From Actinomycetota bacterium (GTDB lineage Bacteria > Actinomycetota > UBA4738 > JACQTL01): DNA of 64,000 bases. Below are positions 18,050 to 26,992 of the stretch, piece after piece. Under the pieces are notes generated by a model. That model saw only the letters and a list, made by a program, of their open reading frames with translations. It searched no databases and was not told the DNA's origin. Position 1 is the stretch's first letter; every line of letters begins with the position of its first letter. The stretch is taken from NCBI GenBank assembly GCA_045805265.1, contig JBJMLO010000011.1, positions 110,148 to 174,147 of the forward strand, given 5' to 3'. A program made the translations under genes and the position numbers.

Positions 18050-19429
18050 TCAGGCCCTCGCGACGAGGTCGTGGAGCTGCTGCTCCCACGTCGCGTTATG
18101 GATGGCCCGCCCGAGGAACGCCGCGCGGGTCCACTGGAGGTAGTCGAGCCTGCGCAGCGCGACGCGGTACTTGGCGTAGCGGCTCGTCGCGATCTGGTCG
18201 TCGGGCAGGTAGATGGGCTCGCGGCGGAAGTTCAAGGTCAGCAGCGCCCGGTTCAGCCGCGCAACGGCGGCCGAGACGGCACCGGCCACGGCGTCCGGAC
18301 CGGCCGCCTGGGCTGCCCGGAACGCCTCGGGGTCCATGAGGCGGAACACATACGTGGCGTGGCCCTTCTCCGAGGTGATCTCCTGGGCCACGGCGTTCCG
18401 GGGCACCCCGCCATCGGCGAGCGGCGTGAAGAACCACAGGATGGTGCGGTCCCGGCCGGTCTCGTCCTCGGTGACTCCGGCGATCCCTTCCGGGGTCGCC
18501 CCGCCCTCCTCGGCGGACGGGCCGTCGTCCGCGGCGGGCGGTTCCGGTTCCACCCGGTCCTCGCCGGACCCGACCCCGCCGGGGGAGCCCTCCTCCTCGG
18601 TGACCACGGCCTTGACGCCGAGGGCAGGCCATCCGGGCGGACACATGGACGCCAGCAGGTCGAAGGTCGACCTGAGCTCGGGCGTCCCCACCACGGCGTC
18701 CACGAGCCGCGGCCAGACCCCCGCCGCGATCCCGTCGACCTCGCGCTGCTGCACGGCCCTGCCGTCGCGCATCCGGCCGGCCAACCGCGAGAGCACGGCC
18801 GGCTCCAGCCCCGGTACCAGGGCCCCGAGCGATCTCCCCGTCCTGGTCGCCAGCGCGTCGAGCAGTCGCCGGAGCTCGCCGGGCAGCTCCTGCGAGCGGA
18901 GCCCCGCCATGCCGAACACGTGGTCCCCGCCGTCGTCGGTCACCACGTGGGTCTGGTACAGCTCCTCGTCGAACCGGATCTCGTCGACGAACGAGTAGGG
19001 CAGGCCCCACATCACGCCGCGCTCCGGCACGACGACCATGAGGTCCTCGAACAGCCGCACCTCGCACGCCACCGGTTCCGAGCCATCCTGCCCGAGGAAC
19101 CGGGCCGGGAAGGTGTCCTGCAGGTCGACGCCCGTGAGCAGCAGGTCGTGCTGGAGCAGGTCGTTCCGCAGCTGCCGCACATCGGCCAGGACCTGCCCGT
19201 AGGCCCTGCCCAGCATCGACAGGTCGTATCTGCGACCGGCGAAGTCGGTCAGGCGCAGCGTGTAGTCGTCGTCGAACACATCGTCGACGTCGATGTAGGC
19301 GAGGGTGATGGGATCGCCGCGTTCGGGGACGATGGTCAGCGTGTTCTGGCCGACGTCGACGGACGCCGGCACCGCCTCACCGGAGGCGCCGCCCGGCTCG
19401 ACGACGGCCAGCTGTCCGCGATACGACAC
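18050..19429 (-). CDS. hypothetical protein with an N-terminal tandem duplication of a roughly 60-aa module, an acidic low-complexity linker and a C-terminal domain of unknown function
   Basis: Internal repeat visible in sequence: TIVPERGDPITLAYIDVDDVFDDDYTLRLTDFAGRRYDLSMLGRAY versus VVVPERGVMWGLPYSFVDEIRFDEELYQTHVVTDDGGDHVFGMAGL. Start proposed at GTG 19429, 18 bp after the upstream stop; the ATG at 19528 would overlap the zinc-ribbon gene by 80 nt. Confidence 0.45.
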   Translation of the reverse strand: MSYRGQLAVVEPGGASGEAVPASVDVGQNTLTIVPERGDPITLAYIDVDDVFDDDYTLRLTDFAGRRYDLSMLGRAYGQVLADVRQLRNDLLQHDLLLTGVDLQDTFPARFLGQDGSEPVACEVRLFEDLMVVVPERGVMWGLPYSFVDEIRFDEELYQTHVVTDDGGDHVFGMAGLRSQELPGELRRLLDALATRTGRSLGALVPGLEPAVLSRLAGRMRDGRAVQQREVDGIAAGVWPRLVDAVVGTPELRSTFDLLASMCPPGWPALGVKAVVTEEEGSPGGVGSGEDRVEPEPPAADDGPSAEEGGATPEGIAGVTEDETGRDRTILWFFTPLADGGVPRNAVAQEITSEKGHATYVFRLMDPEAFRAAQAAGPDAVAGAVSAAVARLNRALLTLNFRREPIYLPDDQIATSRYAKYRVALRRLDYLQWTRAAFLGRAIHNATWEQQLHDLVARA

Positions 19430-19446
19430 GGCGCGACCGATCCGGG

Positions 19447-20094
19447 CTAGGCCTGCGCCAGCAGGTTGTTGCCGCACTCGGGGCAGAACTTGGTCCCCCG
19501 CTCGGACTCGGTTCCGCACTTGGCGCACACGACCGGGATCGTCAGGGGCTGGCCGCAGTTCTCACAGAACTTCCCCGACACCGAGGCCTCGGCCCCGCAG
19601 TGCGGGCACAGCGCCCGCTGCTTCTGCTCGACGTTGACGTCGGCGGTCCAGTTGGCCTCGCCCACCTTGGTCTTGACCTGCTCCAGGCGCGCATCCGACT
19701 GCATCTTGCCCAATTCCTGCTCGAGCTTGGGAGCGTCGTCCACGCACATGTTGAACTCGGTGTTCCAGCAGATCTCCTTGCACACCCAGTTGCCGCAGCG
19801 GTGGCACTGGTTGAACAGCGGCGCGACGTTCTGCACCGCCTCCTGCAGCGCGCGATCCTTTGCCTGCGACTCGGTCATGTCGTGCAGGGCATCGGCGCCG
19901 TATTGGGCACCGCCGAACCGGCCGCCGAGCAGTCCCCCGAGGCCCCGCGCGACCTTCGCGCCCATCCCCAGGGGGTTGGACTTGAACCCGGACTTGTAGC
20001 CGTTGCCGCAGCGTTCGCAGAAGAACTCGAACTGGAACCCCGCCTCGGTGGAGTGATCCTGGTAGTTGTCGGTGAACGGTACGGGCACTGGCAC
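19447..20094 (-). CDS. zinc-ribbon domain protein (several CxxC pairs; C-terminal double zinc ribbon)
   Basis: CERCGNGY...CHRCGNWVC in the N-terminal half; CPHCGAE..KFCENCGQ and CAKCGTE..KFCPECG at the C-terminus. Lys/Asn/Phe-rich; local GC about 62% against roughly 70% in flanking DNA. Confidence 0.65.
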   Translation of the reverse strand: MPVPVPFTDNYQDHSTEAGFQFEFFCERCGNGYKSGFKSNPLGMGAKVARGLGGLLGGRFGGAQYGADALHDMTESQAKDRALQEAVQNVAPLFNQCHRCGNWVCKEICWNTEFNMCVDDAPKLEQELGKMQSDARLEQVKTKVGEANWTADVNVEQKQRALCPHCGAEASVSGKFCENCGQPLTIPVVCAKCGTESERGTKFCPECGNNLLAQA

Positions 20095-20138
20095 GGCGTC
20101 GAACCTCCCTCTCGATCCGTCGGGTCGGCACAGTGTAG

Positions 20139-20154
20139 GGGCCCCCGGGGGCCC
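20139..20154 (-). terminator. perfect 16-nt GC palindrome (GGGCCCCCGGGGGCCC) between the MBL-hydrolase stop and the zinc-ribbon gene; possible factor-independent terminator or hairpin lacking a U-tract
   Basis: Palindrome read directly; lies 31-46 nt downstream of the MBL stop codon. Confidence 0.2.
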
Positions 20155-20184
20155 TTGGGAAGGGAGGATTCGGCGCCGGGGAAC

Positions 20185-20832
20185 CTACCCGGTGATCTCG
20201 AAGGGGTTGGTGGGCTCGAGGATCTGCACCTCGACGGGCGCGGCCTCGCTCTTGAAGCGCTCCGCGTCGGCGGGAGTTCCCACGACGAACCCGTAGTGCA
20301 TCGGGACCGCCAGCTTCGGCGACTGCGCCCGCACCAGCTCCGCGGCCTCGGTGGCCTCCATGGTGTAGGTCCCGCCGATCGGCACGAACGACACGTCGGC
20401 CTTCACGCTGTCGAGCTCGGCGATGTGATCGGTGTCGCCGGCGTGGTAGTAGGTCGTCCCTCCCAGCTCGAGGATGTAGCCGACCCAGTTGTTCGCCTGG
20501 GGGTGCTTGTCCAGCCGGTCCTCCACGACGTTGTACGCGGGCACCGCTTGGACCTTGATGCCGGCCACCTCGAGCGAGTCGCCGGGCGCCACGGGCGTGA
20601 CGTCCCCCGACAGCTCGGCGGCGATGTCGTGCGGCGCCACGAGCTTGGTCGATCCCTCCCGCACTACCTTCGCGAGGTCGTCGGGCTCGTAGTGGTCCTG
20701 GTGCGCGTGCGTGATGAACACGACGTCCGCCGGCGGATCGCCGGTGACGCCCCACGGGTCGATGTAGACGTTGATGCCGTCGCCCCGCCACAGGTAGGCG
20801 GACTGCCGGTACCAGGTGAAGCGGTCGAGCAT
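20185..20832 (-). CDS. MBL-fold metallo-hydrolase
   Basis: HxHxDH motif (FITHAHQDH) and downstream His/Asp ligands (YHAGDTDH, PMHYG); 215 aa. Confidence 0.8.
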   Translation of the reverse strand: MLDRFTWYRQSAYLWRGDGINVYIDPWGVTGDPPADVVFITHAHQDHYEPDDLAKVVREGSTKLVAPHDIAAELSGDVTPVAPGDSLEVAGIKVQAVPAYNVVEDRLDKHPQANNWVGYILELGGTTYYHAGDTDHIAELDSVKADVSFVPIGGTYTMEATEAAELVRAQSPKLAVPMHYGFVVGTPADAERFKSEAAPVEVQILEPTNPFEITG

Positions 20833-21034
20833 GCCTGGACCTCCTTGTCACGTGTCGCGGGGCGCCACCGCCCGCGACGCCGATGGAGGTACGGCCCGCG
20901 GGTCCCTGCGGTTCTCCTCTCAGTGTGGCCCAATCCGCCCCGGATGCGCGACTCGGCGGGACGCCCCCTCCCGTGCGTTGCCCCGACGTGGGACTGCTCG
21001 TACGGTAGGGGCCTCCACGAGAACGGAGGAATTG

Positions 21035-22057
21035 GTGGGGGTACCCGAGTACTCGCTCGTGCTGCCCGCTTGTGACGAGGCCGAGACCATCCCGGAGCTG
21101 GTCCGCAGGCTTCGGGAGGTGATCGAGCGGCTCGACGGACCCGCCGAGGTCGTCTTCGTGGACGACGGGAGCACGGACGACACCTTCCGGCTGCTCGTCG
21201 ACGCCAGCCGGACGGACCCCCGGTTCCGGGTCGTGCAGCTGTCGCGGAACTTCGGCCATCAGGCGGCGATCACGGCCGGGCTCGACTTCGCGCGGGGCCG
21301 GGCGGTCATCATCATGGACGCCGACCTGCAGGACCCCCCGGAGCTCATCCTCGACCTCGCGGCGAAATGGCGGGAGGGCTACGAGGTCGTGTACGCGGTG
21401 CGGGAGGACCGCCCCGGCGACTCGGCGTTCAAGCGGGCGACGGCGTCCGTGTTCTATTCCGCGCTCCGCAGGATGTCGGAGACCGACGTCCCGCTCCAGG
21501 TGGGGGACTTCCGGCTGGTGGACCGCAAGGCCCTCGAGGCGTTCCTCTCGATGCGCGAGTCGAACCGCTACGTCCGCGGGATGTTCGGATGGATCGGCTT
21601 TCGCCAGACCGGGGTGCCGTACCGGCGTGACCCCCGCTTCGCCGGACGGAGCAAGTACTCGCTGGGTGCGATGTTCAAGTTCGCGCTCGATGGCATCGTG
21701 GGCTTCTCGACGGCGCCCCTCCGGGTGGCGCTGAAGCTCGGGTTCATCCTCGCCGGGCTCGCCTTCCTGGGCGGCGTCGCGGCCATCGTGCTGAAGGTGG
21801 TGGGCGCCTACGTGGTCCCCGGATGGGCCTCGTTGACGGTGGCGGTGACCTTCCTCGGCGGCATCCAGCTGTGGATGATCGGCATCATGGGCGAGTACGT
21901 GTCGCGCATCCAGGACGAGGTCCGGCAGCGGCCCCTGTACATCGTCCGCCAGACGGAGGGGTTCACCCCCCGGGGCGGCGCGGCCGCCGGCGAGTCCGAT
22001 CGGAAGACCGCGGCGGCACCCGGGGACACCGACGTGGCCACCGAGCTCTCGGGCTGA
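21035..22057 (+). CDS. family 2 glycosyltransferase, polyprenyl-phosphate sugar transferase type (GtrB/ArnC/Dpm1-like) with two C-terminal TM helices
   Basis: GTG at 21035 with GGAGGA at 21025-21030. GT2 motifs EVVFVDDGSTDDT and IIMDADLQDPPE; C-terminal hydrophobic helices (LGFILAGLAFLGGVAAIVL, VTFLGGIQLWMIGIMGEYV). Confidence 0.75.
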   Translation: MGVPEYSLVLPACDEAETIPELVRRLREVIERLDGPAEVVFVDDGSTDDTFRLLVDASRTDPRFRVVQLSRNFGHQAAITAGLDFARGRAVIIMDADLQDPPELILDLAAKWREGYEVVYAVREDRPGDSAFKRATASVFYSALRRMSETDVPLQVGDFRLVDRKALEAFLSMRESNRYVRGMFGWIGFRQTGVPYRRDPRFAGRSKYSLGAMFKFALDGIVGFSTAPLRVALKLGFILAGLAFLGGVAAIVLKVVGAYVVPGWASLTVAVTFLGGIQLWMIGIMGEYVSRIQDEVRQRPLYIVRQTEGFTPRGGAAAGESDRKTAAAPGDTDVATELSG

Positions 22058-22108
22058 CCCCCCTCCCAGGAACCGGCGCCGTGCGCCTCCCCCGGTACGC
22101 TGCCCGCG

Positions 22109-23410
22109 ATGGCCAGGACGCGCACCTGGGGTGGAAGGCGGGGCCGCCGGCAGCGGCGCGACGTGCGCTCCTCCACAGCGGCGGCCGGCGGCGCGCGCCG
22201 CGCGTGGGCCCTCATCCGGGGTAACCGGGACTTCCGGCGGTTCTACGTCGCACAGCTGATCTCGTTCGCCGGCGACTGGTTCCTGCTGGTGGCGCTGTAC
22301 GGGCTGGTCCTCGAGACCACCCACTCGGCGTTCCTCGCCTCGCTGATCCTGGTCGCCGAGCTGGCGCCGCAGTTCCTGGTGGCGCCGATCGGTGGGGCGC
22401 TGGCCGATCGGATGAACCGACAGGTGCTGATGGTGCTGTGTGACCTGGCCCGGGTCGTGCTGTGCCTCGGATTCCTCCTGGCCGGGCCGGGCTCGATCTG
22501 GGTCATCTATCCTCTCCTCGCCGGGATCGCCGTGTTCTCGGCGGCCTTCGAGCCGACCTCGTCGGCGGTCGTGCCGAACCTGGTCGACCCCGAGGACCTG
22601 GCGACCGCCAATGTGCTGGTCGGTTCGGCGTGGGGAACCATGCTGGCGGTCGGTGCGGCCATCGGCGGCGTGTTCACCGCCCTCGCCGGCCGGGACGCGG
22701 CGTACGTGACCGACTCCGCGTCCTTCCTGCTGTCCGGGGTGCTGCTGGCCTCGGTCCGGCGCCCGTTCTCCGAGGCCCGGGAGCACGCGGAGGACCACCC
22801 CGGATTCCTTGAGGCCACGGTCGAGACGGTGCGGTACGCGCGATCGGACGGCCGGGTGGTGGCGCTGCTCGCGGTGAAGGGCGGATTCGGCCTGGCCGGT
22901 GGGGTGCTGATCCTGCTGCCGGTCTTCGCGACCGACGTGTTCAACCAGGGCGACACGGGGATCGGGATCCTCTACGGGCTCCGCGGGGTGGGGGCCCTCA
23001 TGGGGCCGTTCCTGGCCCGCCGGATCGCCGGCGACTCCGAGCGGGGCCTGTTCACCGCCATCGGGGCGTCGCTCGTCTGCTTCGGCGTGTTCTACCTGGT
23101 GTTCCCGTTCATGCCGAGCCTCCTGCTGGCCGGGCTGTGCTCGCTGGGCGCGCACCTCGGAGGCGGGGCCCAGTGGACGCTCTCGACCTACGGGCTGCAG
23201 TCGATCGTGCCCGACCGGATCCGGGGCCGGGTCTTCGCGTTCGACTTCGCCCTGGTCACGCTCACGATCATGGCGTCGAACCTCGTGAGCGGGTGGGCGG
23301 CGCAGGCCCTCGGCCCCCACCACGCGATGCTGGCGTTCGCGACGGTCGGGCTGCTGTACGCCGGGGGCTGGTGGCTCGGAACGCGCCCCGTCCGCCGAGC
23401 GGTGGCCTGA
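22109..23410 (+). CDS. MFS transporter
   Basis: 12-TM pattern; FYVAQLISFAGDWFLLVALYGL and GGALADRMNRQ motif (MFS signature loop between TM2 and TM3). The Arg-rich N-terminal 40 aa may belong to an upstream mis-start. Confidence 0.7.
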   Translation: MARTRTWGGRRGRRQRRDVRSSTAAAGGARRAWALIRGNRDFRRFYVAQLISFAGDWFLLVALYGLVLETTHSAFLASLILVAELAPQFLVAPIGGALADRMNRQVLMVLCDLARVVLCLGFLLAGPGSIWVIYPLLAGIAVFSAAFEPTSSAVVPNLVDPEDLATANVLVGSAWGTMLAVGAAIGGVFTALAGRDAAYVTDSASFLLSGVLLASVRRPFSEAREHAEDHPGFLEATVETVRYARSDGRVVALLAVKGGFGLAGGVLILLPVFATDVFNQGDTGIGILYGLRGVGALMGPFLARRIAGDSERGLFTAIGASLVCFGVFYLVFPFMPSLLLAGLCSLGAHLGGGAQWTLSTYGLQSIVPDRIRGRVFAFDFALVTLTIMASNLVSGWAAQALGPHHAMLAFATVGLLYAGGWWLGTRPVRRAVA

Positions 23411-23504
23411 ACGCACGACGCCGCGGTCACCCGCGTCGCGGGGCGATCGTTTGACCGAGGCGTCGAGGAACACCACACTCCGGTCAGCCGACCAGGGAGG
23501 TCCG

Positions 23505-24428
23505 ATGTCGCGCATTCGCTCGCGCTCACGCCGATCCCGGCGTCTCGTCACGGTGGTGCTCCTCGGCGCGCTGGGGCTCGTGGCGGACGCGCTGCCCGCG
23601 TCGGCCTCGACGCCCCATCCGGTCCTCACGTCGAACCTGCAGGAGGAGGGCCCGGCCGGCGGAGGCGGATTCCTGTTCTGGTCCCAGAACTCGGCCTCCG
23701 ACAAGACGCACTTCACGCTGTTCGGCAGGAGGGGCACCAACCCGAAATTCCGGATCAACGCCCTGCACACGCAGGGCTATACGGGAGGGATCGACGGCTC
23801 CACTGTCGTGTACCAGCAGACCAACCGGCTGAACTCGAGGTCGGACCTCTTTCTGTTCCACCTCGGTTCCAGAACGCGCACCAAGCTCCCCGCCGCGGTG
23901 AACACTGCCGCCTACGAGTACTGGCCGAGCATCTCGGGCAACCTCGTCACGTTCTCCCGCCAGGTCCCGTCGACGCACACCCGGAGGGAGCTGCTGTTCG
24001 ACCGCTCCGACAGCTCCGTGCAGACGCTCGACTCCGTGCAGGGCTCGAACACATTTCTCGGCAACGGCCAGGTCAACGGAAACTTCGCGGTGTGGGAGAA
24101 GTGCAACCCGAAATGCAACGTCTTCGAGCGCGACATCCAGGCTGGGACGACGACGAAGCTCGGCAATCCGCTGGGGAAGTACCAGTACGGCGAGACCGTG
24201 GCTTCCAACGGCACCGTGTTCTTCGCGCGAAGCGGTCAGGGCTGCGGCACCAGCGTGAAGATCGTGAAGGATCCCGTGGACGGACCCCAGAAGGTGCTCT
24301 TCACGCTGCACACGGGCATCGACCTCGCGCGGATGCACGTGATCGTGGGCTCCTCCCCCACGGCCGTGCTCTTCGACCGCTACATCTGCGCTCAGAACCA
24401 GTACGACGTGTACCGGTTCGCCGCTTGA
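23505..24428 (+). CDS. secreted protein of unknown function with signal peptide; repeated beta-strand-rich segments suggest a beta-propeller-like fold
   Basis: ATG at 23505 with GGAGG at 23495-23499. Signal peptide MSRIRSRSRRSRRLVTVVLLGALGLVADALPASAS. Local GC about 61%, clearly below the flanks; Asn/Ser/Thr/Phe-rich composition. Confidence 0.55.
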   Translation: MSRIRSRSRRSRRLVTVVLLGALGLVADALPASASTPHPVLTSNLQEEGPAGGGGFLFWSQNSASDKTHFTLFGRRGTNPKFRINALHTQGYTGGIDGSTVVYQQTNRLNSRSDLFLFHLGSRTRTKLPAAVNTAAYEYWPSISGNLVTFSRQVPSTHTRRELLFDRSDSSVQTLDSVQGSNTFLGNGQVNGNFAVWEKCNPKCNVFERDIQAGTTTKLGNPLGKYQYGETVASNGTVFFARSGQGCGTSVKIVKDPVDGPQKVLFTLHTGIDLARMHVIVGSSPTAVLFDRYICAQNQYDVYRFAA

Positions 24429-24446
24429 TACGAACGGGAAACCCGA

Positions 24447-25190
24447 TCAGCCGGTGAAGCCGCCTCCTCTGCCGCCCTGCGGTGGCGCCGGCGGCGGTTC
24501 GGCGGGTGGGGGCTGCTGCGGCGGCGCCTGGGGCACCGGGGCGGGAGCCGTGCTGGCGCCGCCCGCGCCGCCGCCGACCGCTCCGCCGCCCGCGGGCTGA
24601 GCGAAGGACACGCCGGGCGTTCCGGCCGCGAAGCTCACCTGGGGCGCGCCCGCGTCGCGGATCTGGTCCGGGATCTCGAAGAACTCCTCCTCCTTGAAGT
24701 GGAACATGGAGGCGATGGCGTTCGACGGGAAGGACTGCACGCGCCGGTTGTAGTCCTGCACGTTGTTGTTGTAGAAGCGCCGGCTGGTCTGGATGCGGTC
24801 CTCGGTGTTCGACAGCTCCGCCTGCAGCTGCTGGAAGTTCTCGGTCGCGCGGAGCGTGGGGTAGTTCTCGGCGACCGCGAACAGCCGGCCCAGCGCGGCG
24901 ACGAACGGACCCTCGGCCGCGGCCTGCGTGGCGGGCGACTGCCCGCTGGTTGCGGCGGCGGCCGCGCGCGTCCGGGCGACCTCCTCGAACACCTCGCGCT
25001 CGTGGGAGGCGTAGCCCTTCACCGTCTCCACCAGGTTCGGGATCAGGTCGTACCGCCGTCGCAGCTCGGTGTCGATGTTCGCGAACGCGTTGCGGATCTG
25101 GTTCCGCTGGCTCACGAACCGGTTGTAGGACAGGACCCCGGCCAGCAGCAGCAGGACCACGATCCCCAGGACGATCCACAGGACGATCAC
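24447..25190 (-). CDS. LemA family protein
   Basis: GTG at 25190. N-terminal TM helix, then LSYNRFVSQRNQIRNAFANIDTELRRRYDLIPNLVETVKGYASHEREVFEEV, typical of LemA. Gly/Pro/Ala-rich C-terminal tail. Confidence 0.8.
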   Translation of the reverse strand: MIVLWIVLGIVVLLLLAGVLSYNRFVSQRNQIRNAFANIDTELRRRYDLIPNLVETVKGYASHEREVFEEVARTRAAAAATSGQSPATQAAAEGPFVAALGRLFAVAENYPTLRATENFQQLQAELSNTEDRIQTSRRFYNNNVQDYNRRVQSFPSNAIASMFHFKEEEFFEIPDQIRDAGAPQVSFAAGTPGVSFAQPAGGGAVGGGAGGASTAPAPVPQAPPQQPPPAEPPPAPPQGGRGGGFTG

Positions 25191-25282
25191 GTCGTCATCC
25201 TTTCTTTCGGGGCGCTCGGAGCGCTCGGATCTTCGCTCGTCATCGACGGAACCCTATCGGAAGTACCGGGCCGGACACAGGG

Positions 25283-26074
25283 TCAGAGCATCGTTCCGGC
25301 AGGGCCGGACGGAGGTGGAGGAGGCGGCGGTGGTGGCGCCTGGGGCGAGATCTGGGGAGGAGCCGGGGGAGCCGGCGCGCCGTACAGCGCGGCCGCCTTC
25401 GCCGGATCGCCGTACAGGCTGTAGGCCACGCGCGGCACGTGGTCCACGTACCCCTTCAGGGTTCCGAGCAGCGGCGTGAGCTCGAGCGGCTTCACCCGCT
25501 TGGAGTACACGAGCACGAACGGCCCGTTCATCTCGAACGCGTGGTGCTCCCCCTCCTCCAGCAGCCACTGCATCATGCGGGCGTCGATCACGTCCGTGGC
25601 GAACTTCCGGTCCCTGGACTTGACGTTGAACTCCCGGTTGAACCGCTCGGACTCGAACTCGATGTCCCGCAGCCCCACGTGGTCGGCGAGCCGCGTGAAG
25701 ACGTTCTCCCGGGTCACCGACAGGTCTGCCGCCGAGAGCGGAGTCTGGGTCACGACGCAGGAGAAGTACGAGTAGGACTTGCTGGTGTGACCCTCGGAGT
25801 CGGTGCTCTCGTCGTAGTACCAGTAGTCGAACTCGCGCAGCTCGACGCCCTGCCAGGTCCCCCACAGGACGTTCTCGGTGCCGCGCCCGTCGCCCTTGCG
25901 CAACAGCCCGAACGGCAGAGCGAGACAGTTGAACATGTCCTGGGCCGAGTACTGCAGGCCGAGCTGCTTCGCCGCGATGGCCAGCTCCTCGCGGCGCTTC
26001 TTCTTCGCGTACCACGAGTACCAGATGGACAGGCCGATCAGGGCGACGACGACGACGGCGATGACGACCCCCAC
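25283..26074 (-). CDS. hypothetical membrane-anchored protein (N-terminal TM helix, about 190-aa globular domain, Pro-rich C-terminal tail) immediately upstream of lemA
   Basis: GTG at 26074 is the first start after the LLM gene stop at 26122. TM helix VGVVIAVVVVALIGLSIWYSWYA followed by KKKRREE (positive-inside). 92-bp gap to lemA. Confidence 0.45.
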   Translation of the reverse strand: MGVVIAVVVVALIGLSIWYSWYAKKKRREELAIAAKQLGLQYSAQDMFNCLALPFGLLRKGDGRGTENVLWGTWQGVELREFDYWYYDESTDSEGHTSKSYSYFSCVVTQTPLSAADLSVTRENVFTRLADHVGLRDIEFESERFNREFNVKSRDRKFATDVIDARMMQWLLEEGEHHAFEMNGPFVLVYSKRVKPLELTPLLGTLKGYVDHVPRVAYSLYGDPAKAAALYGAPAPPAPPQISPQAPPPPPPPPPSGPAGTML

Positions 26075-26121
26075 GGGCGCAGCATGCCAGACCCCCCGGC
26101 CGATGACCAGGGACAGATCGG

Positions 26122-26991
26122 TCAGGCGGAACGGACGAGCGGCGCGACCTCGGTGGCGAGCCGCTCGCGCTGGCCGGCGGGATCCGGGCCGGCCGGCCAG
26201 AGGTTCAAGGCGGTGAAACCGATCGCGAGGAACGCCCGCAGCTGCTCGGCGCACCGGTGGGGAGGGCCGCTCACGACGTACGGCCGGGGGTCCTCCCGTT
26301 CGTCGACCCGGATCCCCACGTTGTAGGCGTATGCCAGCTCGGCGGGGTCGCGCCCGGCCTCCTCAGCCGCCCGGCGGATCCGGTCGGTCATGCCCCGGGC
26401 CCGGTCGGGCGGAGCGAAGCGGAACGACGGGATCCAACCGTCAGCGAGCCGCCCGGTCACGGCCAGCGAGCGGTTGCCGTACGAGCCGGTCCAGACGGGA
26501 ATCGCCCGGTCCGGCTTCGGTTCCATCTCGGCCGCCTCGGTGTGGAAGTGTCTGCCGTGGAACGTGAACGAGCGCTCGGTCCACAGCCCGCGGAGGATCC
26601 GGATGGCCTCCTCCATCGCGTCGACCTTGTCGCGAGGCTCCCGGACCTCCAAGCCGAACGCGCTGAACTCGGCGTCGGAGCCGCCGCCGCCGATGCCGAG
26701 GACGAGCCGCCCGCCGGACAGCCGGTCGAACGACTCGGCCATCTTGGCCAGCACCGCCGGGTGACGATATGGAAGACCCAGCACGTCGGTGACGATCCGG
26801 ACCCGGGAGGTGTGCGCGGCGACCCATGCCAGCGTCGTCCATGTCTCAAACGAGGGATGCGTGCCGGCCAGGTGGTCGGAGCAGGACACGAAGTCGAACC
26901 CGAGCTCCTCGGCGTGCTGCGCGTCGGCGACCGGGTCTGCGCCCGGCAGCGCCGACTGGCTCAGATTCACCCCGAGGAGGGGCGTGCTCAT
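26122..26991 (-). CDS. LLM-class (luciferase-like) flavin/F420-dependent oxidoreductase
   Basis: 289 aa; luciferase-like TIM-barrel motifs (AEELGFDFVSCSDHL, GRLVLGIGGGG). Confidence 0.8.
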   Translation of the reverse strand: MSTPLLGVNLSQSALPGADPVADAQHAEELGFDFVSCSDHLAGTHPSFETWTTLAWVAAHTSRVRIVTDVLGLPYRHPAVLAKMAESFDRLSGGRLVLGIGGGGSDAEFSAFGLEVREPRDKVDAMEEAIRILRGLWTERSFTFHGRHFHTEAAEMEPKPDRAIPVWTGSYGNRSLAVTGRLADGWIPSFRFAPPDRARGMTDRIRRAAEEAGRDPAELAYAYNVGIRVDEREDPRPYVVSGPPHRCAEQLRAFLAIGFTALNLWPAGPDPAGQRERLATEVAPLVRSA

Positions 26992-26992
26992 C

